Shown piece after piece: positions 14,006 to 22,305 of a stretch of DNA of 33,350 bases. The translations under genes and the position numbers were made by a program. The stretch is from Phycisphaeraceae bacterium. Lineage in GTDB: Bacteria; Planctomycetota; Phycisphaerae; Phycisphaerales; Phycisphaeraceae. Below the pieces are notes generated by a model. The model was given only the letters and a program-made list of their open reading frames with translations, had not been told where the DNA came from and made no database searches. Position 1 is the stretch's first letter. Each line of letters opens with the position of its first letter. The stretch lies in assembly GCA_036477175.1 (NCBI GenBank), contig JAZGCX010000044.1, forward strand, positions 1-33,350. The letters are read 5' to 3'.

Positions 14006-14360
14006 GATGGATTCTGAGTGCGCTCGGTGGATCTATCCTGATCGCCTACATCGGGAGGGGCGCCTCGCCAGAAAACGTGGGATTGAAGAGAGACATTGAC
14101 CGTGCCTCGCACGGGTTGTCAGTGGCGATTTCCGCATTGACTGAACCAGCCGGTTCCGCCGTCGCACCGCGGCCGCAATGTGCACCGATCACTATTGGAG
14201 CCACGCCAGAGACGCCGGCAAACCAGGACAATGGGGCGGATTGGAGAGAGCTATTGATCCGGAGTGGTCGTAGCGTTCCTGAGGGGTAGCCGGTCTCTGG
14301 CGTGGCTCGTCTGTGCGGTCGTCCCGGACCCCAGCACCGGGTCACCGCTACCATGCGGAC

Positions 14361-15746
14361 ATGATCGAACAGGGGCGTCAGCTCGATTGGCGATTCGATC
14401 CGCTCGAGGCACTGCGCCGCTATCCCGCCGACCGACGTGTGATGCTGTTGCACTCCGGCCGGTTCCACCGGCGGTGGGCCCGCTGGTCGGTGCTGGCGGA
14501 GCCCGTCGGCACCTATCGCTTTACCGCCGACGCCGCCCGAACCACCGCCAGCGGTCGCAGCGCCTGGCTCGGCCCGGAACAGCTCGATTTGTCCGGTCGC
14601 TTTACACACCGCCCGTTCCGAGACCTGCGTCTGATCCAACGGTCGTTCGAGGGGTTATGGATCGGCTATCTCGGTTACGACCTGGCCCGATGGATCGAAC
14701 GCCTGCCGTGTCATGTTCCAGCCGATGCCAACGACCCGGTAATTGAGCTGGCCTACTGCCCCGGCTACCTCGTTTACGACGGGGCGGACCAAACGTGGTA
14801 TGCGTGCGGCCACTGGCGCAGTGGCGGGTTTGGCGAACTGGTGCTGGGCGATTCGGTTGACGCAACGTTCCACGCAACACCTGCCCGCAGCCATGTCAGC
14901 CGATCGGAATACGAAGCAGCGGTGAACGCCGCCAAGGCGTACATCACGGCCGGCGATATCTTCCAGGTCAATCTGGCGCACCGGCTCACCGCTGAGTTAA
15001 CCGGTATCTATCCGCTGGCTCACCGCGCCCTGTTCAACCAACTGGCGACCGTCTCACCGGCATGGTACGGGGCGTACCTCGAACTTGTACCAGTCAACCA
15101 CACCCGACGCACGATCGCTTCGACATCGCCGGAACTGTTCCTGGAAATAGACCGTCGCCGCCACGTCGTCACGCGGCCGGTCAAGGGCACGCGGCCGGCA
15201 TCGGCCGATCCTGCAGAGCTGCGCGACAGCGCCAAGGACACGGCCGAGTTGAACATGATCGTGGACCTGCTGCGGAACGACCTTGGACGGGTGTGCGACT
15301 ACGGGTCGGTGCGCGTCGTCCAGCCCCGGACAATCGAATCGCATCCAACGGTGCACCACGGCGTGGCGACGATCGGCGGTGATCTACACGAGTCGAAGGA
15401 CCTGGCCGACCTGCTCCGCGCGACCATGCCCGGCGGGTCGATCACCGGCGTGCCCAAGGTGCGGGCGATGCAGATCATCGACGAACTCGAACCGGTGCCG
15501 CGTGGCCCATACTGCGGTGCGATCGGCTACCTGTCCAACAACCGGGCGTGCTTCAACATTGCGATCCGAACGATGCTGCTGGAAACCGACGTGACGACCG
15601 GCTCGGGGCACGTGGACTTTTCGGTGGGCGGGGGCATCGTCGCCGACAGCGACCCGGCCGCGGAGTATCAGGAAACGCTCGACAAGGCGGCGGCGATGTT
15701 GGCGGCCCTGCAATTACGGAGCAGCCCAATTGGGTGCAAGGGATAG
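14361..15746 (+). CDS. pabB: aminodeoxychorismate synthase component I (chorismate-binding enzyme, PabB-type)
   Basis: ITAGDIFQVNLAHRL, SPELFLEI, RPVKGTRP (Lys at the PIKGT position as in PabB, where TrpE has Ala), DTAELNMIVDLLRNDLGRV, GGSITGVPKVRAMQIIDELE, RGPYCGAIGY. The start is the ATG at 14361 or the track start at 14313. Confidence 0.75.
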   Translation: MIEQGRQLDWRFDPLEALRRYPADRRVMLLHSGRFHRRWARWSVLAEPVGTYRFTADAARTTASGRSAWLGPEQLDLSGRFTHRPFRDLRLIQRSFEGLWIGYLGYDLARWIERLPCHVPADANDPVIELAYCPGYLVYDGADQTWYACGHWRSGGFGELVLGDSVDATFHATPARSHVSRSEYEAAVNAAKAYITAGDIFQVNLAHRLTAELTGIYPLAHRALFNQLATVSPAWYGAYLELVPVNHTRRTIASTSPELFLEIDRRRHVVTRPVKGTRPASADPAELRDSAKDTAELNMIVDLLRNDLGRVCDYGSVRVVQPRTIESHPTVHHGVATIGGDLHESKDLADLLRATMPGGSITGVPKVRAMQIIDELEPVPRGPYCGAIGYLSNNRACFNIAIRTMLLETDVTTGSGHVDFSVGGGIVADSDPAAEYQETLDKAAAMLAALQLRSSPIGCKG

Positions 15747-15793
15747 GATTGGAACGCGATGACCGTTCCGCTTGTATGCGGCGTATCCAATCC
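15746..15793 (+). terminator. compound (Y-shaped) hairpin starting at the last base of the pabB stop codon (15744-15746), followed by a T-rich tgttgtgg
   Basis: GGATTGG [AACG cgatgac CGTT][CCGC ttgtat GCGG] cgtat CCAATCC: a closing 7-bp stem plus two internal 4-bp hairpins. There is no clean U-tract. Confidence 0.3.
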
Positions 15794-15952
15794 TGTTGTG
15801 GCAGTTGTTCCGCGCGCTTCGCCTACGGGGCGCTGTTCGGTGCAGATCGACCGACGAGAACGCAGCTCAATCCTCTTCGATGTGTTCGACGAACTCGACG
15901 CAAATGCCGATGACTTGGCGGATTGTGGTCTAAATCCTTGCCAGAGCAACAA

Positions 15953-16026
15953 TACGCCCGGGAGGATTCGAACCCCCAACCCTCGGATCCGAAGTCCGAT
16001 GCTCTGTCCAGTTGAGCTACGGGCGC
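15953..16026 (-). tRNA. tRNA-Arg (anticodon TCG)
   Basis: Manual cloverleaf: GCGCCCG TA GCTC AACTGGACA GAGC A TCGGA CTTCGGA TCCGA GGGTT GGGGG TTCGAAT CCTCC CGGGCGT A. It is 74 nt and CCA is not encoded. Confidence 0.9.
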
Positions 16027-16088
16027 AGCGGGTAACGCTACACGTTACGGGTGGTGGACGCGGTCGTCAACGCTAAGCCGCAAGCGGC

Positions 16089-16892
16089 TCATTTGTAGCA
16101 GATGAGCACGACGGTGCCGCCGAGCTGCGCCAGCGGCGGGCAGGCTTGCATGAGGCGGTGGTCAAGGCGTTGGAGTCGGCCGCGGAGCGTGTCGTTGCAG
16201 CGTGGCACGAGACGATCGATCCGACTGAACACGGTGAACCGCCGGGTCTGGACATGACTGAACGTGTCTTCGATCAACGCCAGGTCGTCACGGTTGAGCT
16301 TGCGTTCGTCCTCGGTGATGTGGTGCTTGATCGACACGCGGCGTGGCACGATTGATCGGACCAGGGCGGTGTTGCGGACGTGATCGAGCAACGGGACCTC
16401 GACGTGCTCCTTGAAGATCGCCACGCCGCCGGGCTTGAGCACACGCCGGGCTTCAGCAATCGCCCGAGGGACCTCGACGTGGTGGAGGATGTCGATCCCG
16501 GCGATCAGGTCAAACGTCTGGTTGGGGTAATCGAGCTGCTCGGCGAGCATGGGTCGGAAGGTGCACCGGTCGGCCAATTGATACCTCCGGGCCAACACCC
16601 GGCCGATCGCGATGTTTTGATCCGATAAATCGAACGCATCGACCTGAAACCCGAGATAGGCAAACCGAACCGCGGCGATGCCGATGCCGCAACCAAAGTC
16701 GAGCAACCGCTGTGACGGGTTGACGTACCGCCTGCGGGCAAAATTGTAGACGTATCAATAAGGATTCCACGGACGGCATTCACGGCCCTGGACCGGTGCA
16801 AAATCGACGGTATCGACACACTGCCGCGGTGCGTAGCAGCGGTAATACTGCGCTTCGCGCTGCTGCCTGGGTGTCCATGCGGTATGGGCCAT
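16089..16892 (-). pseudogene. class I SAM-dependent methyltransferase interrupted by a single in-frame TGA (16757-16755)
   Basis: Track ORFs 16755..17051 and 16089..16706 are in the same frame. Joined reading: MAHTAWTPRQQREAQYYRCYAPRQCVDTVDFAPVQGRECRPWNPY*YVYNFARRRYVNPSQRLLDFGCGIG.... The downstream ORF would otherwise start (TTG) directly at SAM motif I (LDFGCGIG), leaving no N-terminal helix. Confidence 0.6.
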
Positions 16893-17106
16893 CGCGACTC
16901 TTGCATTCCCCTTCGGCCGAGCAATCGGGCCACCCCGGCCACAGACTGATATCGGCCAGTCACCGGATTTCCTAAATGGCCCGGACGATACAGTTACGAC
17001 AACTGCCTCAGTCATCCTGATTGTCACAGCTCGGTTAAGTAGTCCAACCATCGCTCCGATACCTCTGGAGACGCTGGGTGCGGGCCCCGTGGCCGGCCCG
17101 GTCTAG

Positions 17107-17781
17107 GTGTCTAGACGCATGGAAGCCGTGATGAGCCAACCCGATCGCCGTTACCGGCCGCAACCGGCTGCAAAACGCCCGCGCGCGACCCACGCCGGCT
17201 TCGAGCGGCTCAACCGCGGATTCGACATGATCGCGGCGGTGTTGGGCCTGGCCCTGTTCGGGCCATTAATGCTCATTTGTGCACTGTGGATCAGACTGAT
17301 CGACGGCGGGCCGGTGCTCTACCGCCAGTGGCGTACCGGCCGCGACGGGTGGCTGTTTCGGATCTACAAGATCAGAACGATGCGGCTGGACGCTGAACAG
17401 CCCGGCAGCGCGCGGTTCGCCAGCAGCGGTGACCCGCGGGTGTTGCCCGGCTGCGGCTGGATGCGGCGGAGCCACGTCGACGAACTGCCGCAACTTTGGA
17501 ACATCCTAATCGGGCAGATGAGCCTGGTCGGCCCGCGGCCCGAGCGGCCCGAGATGATCGAGCAACTCCGTGACGCGATCCCACGCATCGAATGGCGGCT
17601 AACGGCCCGGCCGGGACTCACGGGCCTGGCGCAAGTCAGCAACGGCTACACCAACGACGACGACGGCGCGCGACGCAAGCAGGCGTATGACCTGAGGTAT
17701 CTGCGGCGTCGGAGCATGATCGAAAACCTGCGGCTTGTGTTGCAAACGATCCCCAGGGTCTGGGACCAGGCCGCCCTGTAA
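17107..17781 (+). CDS. undecaprenyl-phosphate sugar-phosphate transferase (bacterial sugar transferase family, short monotopic form); EPS priming enzyme
   Basis: FDMIAAVLGLALFGPLMLICALWIRL..GPVLYRQWRTGRDGWLFRIYKIRTM..DELPQLWNILIGQMSLVGPRPERP..GLTGLAQV. Start uncertain: GTG 17107, ATG 17119 or ATG 17131. Confidence 0.85.
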   Translation: MSRRMEAVMSQPDRRYRPQPAAKRPRATHAGFERLNRGFDMIAAVLGLALFGPLMLICALWIRLIDGGPVLYRQWRTGRDGWLFRIYKIRTMRLDAEQPGSARFASSGDPRVLPGCGWMRRSHVDELPQLWNILIGQMSLVGPRPERPEMIEQLRDAIPRIEWRLTARPGLTGLAQVSNGYTNDDDGARRKQAYDLRYLRRRSMIENLRLVLQTIPRVWDQAAL

Positions 17782-17822
17782 CGTTAAGAAGAACACAAAA
17801 GCAAGAGCAGGAGAGCAGGACG

Positions 17823-18578
17823 ATGCAAGATACTGCCAGCCCCCGACACTTCATGATCTCATGCGCGCTTGCTCCGGTGCTCTTTTTCTCTTCCTCCTGC
17901 ACCACCTACACGGACTACAGCGCGTTTATTCGAGAACCACGGCCACTGGTCACCGCGGCACAGTACCGGATGGAACCACCCGACGTCATCGCCATCAACT
18001 CAAAGCGTGTGCGCGAGGTCAATGGTCACCGTGAGATGATCCGCCCTGATGGCAAGATCACCCTGCCATTGCTGGGGACGATCTTTGTCGCCGGGCAGAC
18101 CCCTGAACAGGTCAGCGCCCACCTTCAGGAGCTGGCCCGGGACTACTACGAAGACGCGGAGGTCAGTCTTCGCGTGATCGAGTTCCGCAGCAAGAAGATC
18201 TATGTGTTCGGCGAGGTCGCGGTCGCCGGTCCCTACCCCTACAACGGGGCGAACACGGTGCTCGCGACGATGGCCCGCGCGCAGCCGACCCGGCTGGCTG
18301 ACCCACAGAAGATTCACATTCTGCGGCCGAACGCCGACGGCGAGCTGATCCGCCGCATGACCGTCGATCTGAACAGGATGGTCAAAGAAGGCGACACGAC
18401 ACTCGACGCCGTGCTGGAAGAGGGTGACATCATATACGTGCCGGCGAACGGCCTGGCGGTGGTGGGGCTGGCGATCCAGCAGTTGCTGCTGCCGCTGACG
18501 CCGGCCGCCCGGACTGTCCAGAATCCGGGCGAGATCGATGCGGACCTGCGGGCTCGGCCCTACTCGACCGGCAACTAG
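17823..18578 (+). CDS. polysaccharide export protein (Wza-like: Poly_export + SLBB domains), probable lipoprotein
   Basis: Lipobox-like LFFSSSC. IRPDGKITLPLLGTIFVAGQTPEQVSAHLQ, VFGEVAVAGPYPY, LEEGDIIYVPAN. AGGAGA SD upstream. Confidence 0.85.
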   Translation: MQDTASPRHFMISCALAPVLFFSSSCTTYTDYSAFIREPRPLVTAAQYRMEPPDVIAINSKRVREVNGHREMIRPDGKITLPLLGTIFVAGQTPEQVSAHLQELARDYYEDAEVSLRVIEFRSKKIYVFGEVAVAGPYPYNGANTVLATMARAQPTRLADPQKIHILRPNADGELIRRMTVDLNRMVKEGDTTLDAVLEEGDIIYVPANGLAVVGLAIQQLLLPLTPAARTVQNPGEIDADLRARPYSTGN

Positions 18579-18613
18579 AACCGACCACGTTTCCAAGTAC
18601 TGGCGGCGAACTC

Positions 18614-20272
18614 ATGGACCAGCAGAGCAACCAAGCCAGAGCACTGCTTGAGGTCTGGGAAGTGCTGTGGCGCTTCCGCTGGCGGTTTATTCTCGCGGCA
18701 TTCATCGTCACGTCGGCGGTGTTGGCGGCGAGCATGCTGCTACCGCGGAAGTACCGCGCCGAAGCGATCTTCGAGCGTAGCAACGACATGGTGCTGACCG
18801 AGATCACCCAACGCGGTGCGCCCAGGTCGTTCCAGGACCCCCGCCAGTTACTGATCAAAGAAGTGGCCGGCTCGCCGGCAATCGAACAGCTCAAGCAGAC
18901 GCTCGATCCGATCCTCCGACAGCGGTACCGCACTAATCCCCTAGCCGGCTTCCACGACTTTTACGCGAGCCTCTCGCGCCGCGTCGTCGTCCAGTACGAG
19001 TTTGCCAGCAATGAGCGTGACCGCATCCGCGTCGAGTATGTGGGCAACGACCCGGTGCTGTCACGCCTTGTGGTCAACACGCTGGTCGAACATTACATCC
19101 AACGCACCCGGGCCCAGATGGAAGCGCGACTGCGTGCATCGGCCAAGTTTTTCCAGGACGAAGTCAACAACGCCCGCCACCAGATCGAACAGGTCGAGAG
19201 CAAGAAGCTCACGTTCGAGATCGAACACCTTGAACTGTTGCCGGACAACCCCAACAGCGTGCAGATGGTCCTGATGGAGAAGCAGATACTGTTGGCCGAA
19301 GCGCGGCAGCAGCACGACAACGCCGTGCTGCAGGTCCAGGCGCTGGAACAGGAGCTTACGAAGACGCCCAAGACCTCGCCGCAGGTGTTTACCGGCCGAA
19401 ATCCTGAGCTGCAGCGGCTCGAATCCAAACTCCGCGAGGCACAATCGGAGTTGTCCCGATACACCGGCATTTACAAGATGACCGAGAGACACCCGGACGT
19501 GATCGCCCTGCGCCAGCAGATCGAGACGATCAGCGACGAGATTGCCAATACCCAGGTCGAGGTCGTCACCCAAACGCGGATCGGTCAGAACCCCAAGCGC
19601 ACCGAACTGGAGCTTCGCCTGACCGTTGCCCGGGTACAAGCCGAAAGCCTGGACAAACAGTACACCAGCCTCTCGGCCGAACTCGATCGACTCAATGCCC
19701 AGTCCACCGAACTCTTTCCGGTGCGCAGCGAGTACAGCAAGATCAGTCGCACGGCGGAGCAGGCGCAGCGGCAACTGTCGTTCTGGGAAGACAACCTGCG
19801 CCGGGTGAACATGGCGCTGGCGGCAGAAAGCAGCAACCGGGGCGTGCGGCTCGAGTTCATCAAGCCGTGCGGCGTGATCCGCAAGCCCGTGTCGCCGAAC
19901 CTGGTGCAGGTGCTGATGGCGGCGGCGGCGCTGGGGCTCATGGCCGGGTCCATTAGCGTTTTCTTTGCCCACCGGACTGACGAAACAATTGCCGACGACG
20001 AGCACCTGGCCGAGGCCTTCGATCTGCCGCTGATCGGGTCGGTCAGCGAAATCATCTCGCAGCAGCAGCGCCGCGCCCGACAGATACGCAACCTGGTGGT
20101 CTATCCGCTGAACACCGCGGTCATGGCCCTCGTGCTGCTGGCGATGGCGACGTTGTTGTACCTGAACCTGGAGAAGCCGACTATGTATGAGCAGCTCAAG
20201 CAGGACCCGGCCGCTTCCCCTCGCCAGCAAGCGGCCGACGACAGCGCGCAGACCGTCCAAAACCAGGACTGA
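18614..20272 (+). CDS. polysaccharide chain-length determinant / co-polymerase (Wzz/GumC-like, PEP-CTERM-locus type)
   Basis: N-terminal TM helix (FILAAFIVTSAVLAASMLL), a long coiled-coil periplasmic region and a C-terminal TM helix (LMAAAALGLMAGSISVFF). A further hydrophobic segment lies near the C-terminus. Confidence 0.8.
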   Translation: MDQQSNQARALLEVWEVLWRFRWRFILAAFIVTSAVLAASMLLPRKYRAEAIFERSNDMVLTEITQRGAPRSFQDPRQLLIKEVAGSPAIEQLKQTLDPILRQRYRTNPLAGFHDFYASLSRRVVVQYEFASNERDRIRVEYVGNDPVLSRLVVNTLVEHYIQRTRAQMEARLRASAKFFQDEVNNARHQIEQVESKKLTFEIEHLELLPDNPNSVQMVLMEKQILLAEARQQHDNAVLQVQALEQELTKTPKTSPQVFTGRNPELQRLESKLREAQSELSRYTGIYKMTERHPDVIALRQQIETISDEIANTQVEVVTQTRIGQNPKRTELELRLTVARVQAESLDKQYTSLSAELDRLNAQSTELFPVRSEYSKISRTAEQAQRQLSFWEDNLRRVNMALAAESSNRGVRLEFIKPCGVIRKPVSPNLVQVLMAAAALGLMAGSISVFFAHRTDETIADDEHLAEAFDLPLIGSVSEIISQQQRRARQIRNLVVYPLNTAVMALVLLAMATLLYLNLEKPTMYEQLKQDPAASPRQQAADDSAQTVQNQD

Positions 20273-20276
20273 ACTG

Positions 20277-21155
20277 ATGTACCAGCAGTTCTACAACCTG
20301 GACGTGCTGCCGTTCGAGAACACGTCGGACCCACGGTTCTTCTTCTCCAGTGAGCAGCACCGAGAGGCGGTGGCGGCCATCGAATACACCATCCGTATGC
20401 GCAAAGGCATCGTGCTGGTCACCGGCGACATCGGCTCAGGCAAAACGACGGTCTGCCGTGCCCTATCAAAGCAGTGCAAGAATACGGCCACGGTCGTCCA
20501 GGTCCTGCACGGGCACGTCACCGGCTTCGAGCTGCTGCGTCACATCATGTGCACGCTTGAAGTGCCGATCGGCAAAGACGACGACCACCCCTGCTTGCTC
20601 CAACGGCTGTGCGCCCACCTCACCCAACAGGCCAACCAAAACCGGTCGGTGGTCCTTTTCGTGGACGAGGCCCAGACGCTCTGCGACGAATCACTCGAAG
20701 AGCTTCGGCTGCTGACCAATTTCGACACCGCGTCGCAGAAACTGCTGCAGGTCGTACTGATCGGTCAACCCGAGCTGCGAGAACGCATCCGCAGCCACAA
20801 ATTCGCAGCGCTGCGGCAGCGGATTGTCTTGGCCAAACGGCTCACACCGCTGAACCGACGAGACACGGGTGACTACATCGCCCACCGCATCCGCGTCGCG
20901 AGCATCGACCCAGACAGCGTCCATGCCACGTTCACGCCCGAGGCGGTACAGGCAGTCTACGACTACACCGGAGGCGTCCCACGGCTAATCAACGTCGCCT
21001 GCGACAACTGCCTGCTGCTGGGCTTTGTCCGCGAAACCAAACAAATCACTCCGGCGATTGTCAAGCGGGTCATCGACGACATGGTGCCCAGCTTCGCGAC
21101 CGACGACTGGACCGCCCACCCCAGACCGGCGCTGAGCCTTGCAGGGAACTTCTAA
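20277..21155 (+). CDS. ExeA/GspA-like AAA ATPase (secretion ATPase subfamily found in EPS/PEP-CTERM loci)
   Basis: MYQQFYNLDVLPFENTSDPRFFF.. is the typical ExeA N-terminus. Walker A GDIGSGKT, Walker B VLFVDEAQ. ATG 20277 lies 4 nt after the Wzz stop. I rejected the track start at 20187 because it overlaps Wzz. Confidence 0.8.
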   Translation: MYQQFYNLDVLPFENTSDPRFFFSSEQHREAVAAIEYTIRMRKGIVLVTGDIGSGKTTVCRALSKQCKNTATVVQVLHGHVTGFELLRHIMCTLEVPIGKDDDHPCLLQRLCAHLTQQANQNRSVVLFVDEAQTLCDESLEELRLLTNFDTASQKLLQVVLIGQPELRERIRSHKFAALRQRIVLAKRLTPLNRRDTGDYIAHRIRVASIDPDSVHATFTPEAVQAVYDYTGGVPRLINVACDNCLLLGFVRETKQITPAIVKRVIDDMVPSFATDDWTAHPRPALSLAGNF

Positions 21156-22078
21156 TGGGTTATGTTTTCGACGCACTGAACCGCTCGAACAGCGACGAAC
21201 CGAACCAGCGGCGACCCGAAGGCGGAGCCGAAGCCTTGGCTTCACCGGGGGCCGACGACACGCCGGGGCTGTCGCTGATTCGGGCCGACGCCGACGCGAG
21301 CCCCGGACCGCAAGGCCCCGGCCAACCCGGATCAGCGGCGGCGGCAACTGAAAAGGTATCGGAGCCTGTGGACGACCGGGTCGTCGGGATCACCGCGCCG
21401 GCGAGCATCATGGCCGAGGAATACCGCTCGATCCGCACCGGCCTGCTGGCGCGGTGGCAGAACAAGCGTCACCTCGTGCACACGATCACCAGCGCCACGC
21501 CCCAGGAAGGCAAGACGATCACCAGCCTGAACCTCGGCTTGAGCTTCGCCGAACTCCGCAACCGCCGCACCATCGTGGTGGAAGCCGACCTTCGTCTGCC
21601 GCAATTCAACAAGCTGCTGAATCTGCCGGCCGACGGCCCGGGGATGGTCGATGTGTTGTTGGGCTCGACACCGCTGGAAGAGGCGACCTTTGAGGTGGGC
21701 GACAACAGGATGCACCTGATCCCCGCGGGCCGGCGCGTGGGCAATGATGCGGTGCAGATGCTCAGCGCCAGCCCGATGGGAACGTTGCTCAAGACGCTGC
21801 GCGGCAAGTACGACCACGTGATCATCGACACACCGCCGGTAATCGAGCTGGCCGACGCCGGCATCGTCGGCGCACAGAGCGACGACGTGCTGATGATCGT
21901 GCGTATGGGCCGCACACCCAAGACAATGATCGAGCAGGCGATCCGCACGCTGAGCAGCTACAACGCCCCGGTTGCGGGCATCATCGCCACCGATCACCAA
22001 CGACGCCGGCGGCGCTATTACTCATACCGCTATGGCTACCGGTACAACTATCGGTACTACTACAACCACGCCGTTTGA
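21155..22078 (+). CDS. BY-kinase type tyrosine autokinase (CpsD/CapB/Wzc cytoplasmic domain) with C-terminal Tyr cluster
   Basis: Walker A TPQEGKT, A' IVVEADLR, Walker B VIIDTPP. The tail is RRRRRYYSYRYGYRYNYRYYYNHAV, with 10 Tyr in the last 20 residues. The ATG overlaps the preceding stop (TAATG at 21153-21157). Confidence 0.85.
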   Translation: MGYVFDALNRSNSDEPNQRRPEGGAEALASPGADDTPGLSLIRADADASPGPQGPGQPGSAAAATEKVSEPVDDRVVGITAPASIMAEEYRSIRTGLLARWQNKRHLVHTITSATPQEGKTITSLNLGLSFAELRNRRTIVVEADLRLPQFNKLLNLPADGPGMVDVLLGSTPLEEATFEVGDNRMHLIPAGRRVGNDAVQMLSASPMGTLLKTLRGKYDHVIIDTPPVIELADAGIVGAQSDDVLMIVRMGRTPKTMIEQAIRTLSSYNAPVAGIIATDHQRRRRRYYSYRYGYRYNYRYYYNHAV

Positions 22079-22305
22079 CTTCATTCGTAATTCACGAAGT
22101 TTCAGGAGCAATTCAGATGCGAACACATGTCCCTTCAGGCAGTTTGTCACGACAGGTACAAGGCTAAACGGGGCGGTCGGGACGAGAAGAATCGCACGAA
22201 CGGTCAACGGGGCGGAGGAGGAGGCATCGTCGCTGCCGGGCCGCCTCATCTCGAAAGAAATGCGGTGGCGTCGCGGCTGCGACGCGGTGTCTATGGATCA
22301 AACCA

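Noticed and set aside
13795-14360. Known housekeeping ncRNAs (tmRNA, RNase P RNA, SRP RNA, cobalamin riboswitch) in the pabB-upstream gap.
   Set aside because: ctgatggattctgag vaguely resembles a tmRNA 5' end. However, there is no 3' tRNA-like domain, no GAGGAAAGUCC P4 strand, no SRP GGAA motif and no B12 box on either strand.
14046-14639. 197-aa minus-strand ORF and 70-aa plus-strand ORF (14077..14289) in or near the gap.
   Set aside because: The minus ORF is antisense to the pabB N-terminus and is Gly/Pro/Ala-rich. The 70-aa ORF has noticeably lower third-position GC than neighbouring genes, no SD and no recognisable features.
1447-16026. Both tRNA-Arg genes have a G1-T72 (G.U) closing pair in the acceptor stem and lack an encoded CCA.
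   Set aside because: Both features are within normal bacterial tRNA variation, and the cloverleaves are otherwise canonical.
16755-16757. Selenocysteine recoding of the in-frame TGA in the methyltransferase.
   Set aside because: There is no convincing SECIS-type stem-loop in the ~30 nt after the UGA, no sel genes are visible in the window, and the context (NPY_YVY) does not look like a redox Cys/Sec site. I kept it only as a minor alternative under the TGA finding.
19061-20260. 399-aa minus-strand ORF inside the Wzz-like gene. The same pattern appears at 12988..13995, 12159..12818, 21332..22000, 22714..23412, 23561..24451 and 24276..24974.
   Set aside because: All are antisense to genes with clear family signatures or signal peptides, and none has a recognisable motif. 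They are GC-shadow ORFs.
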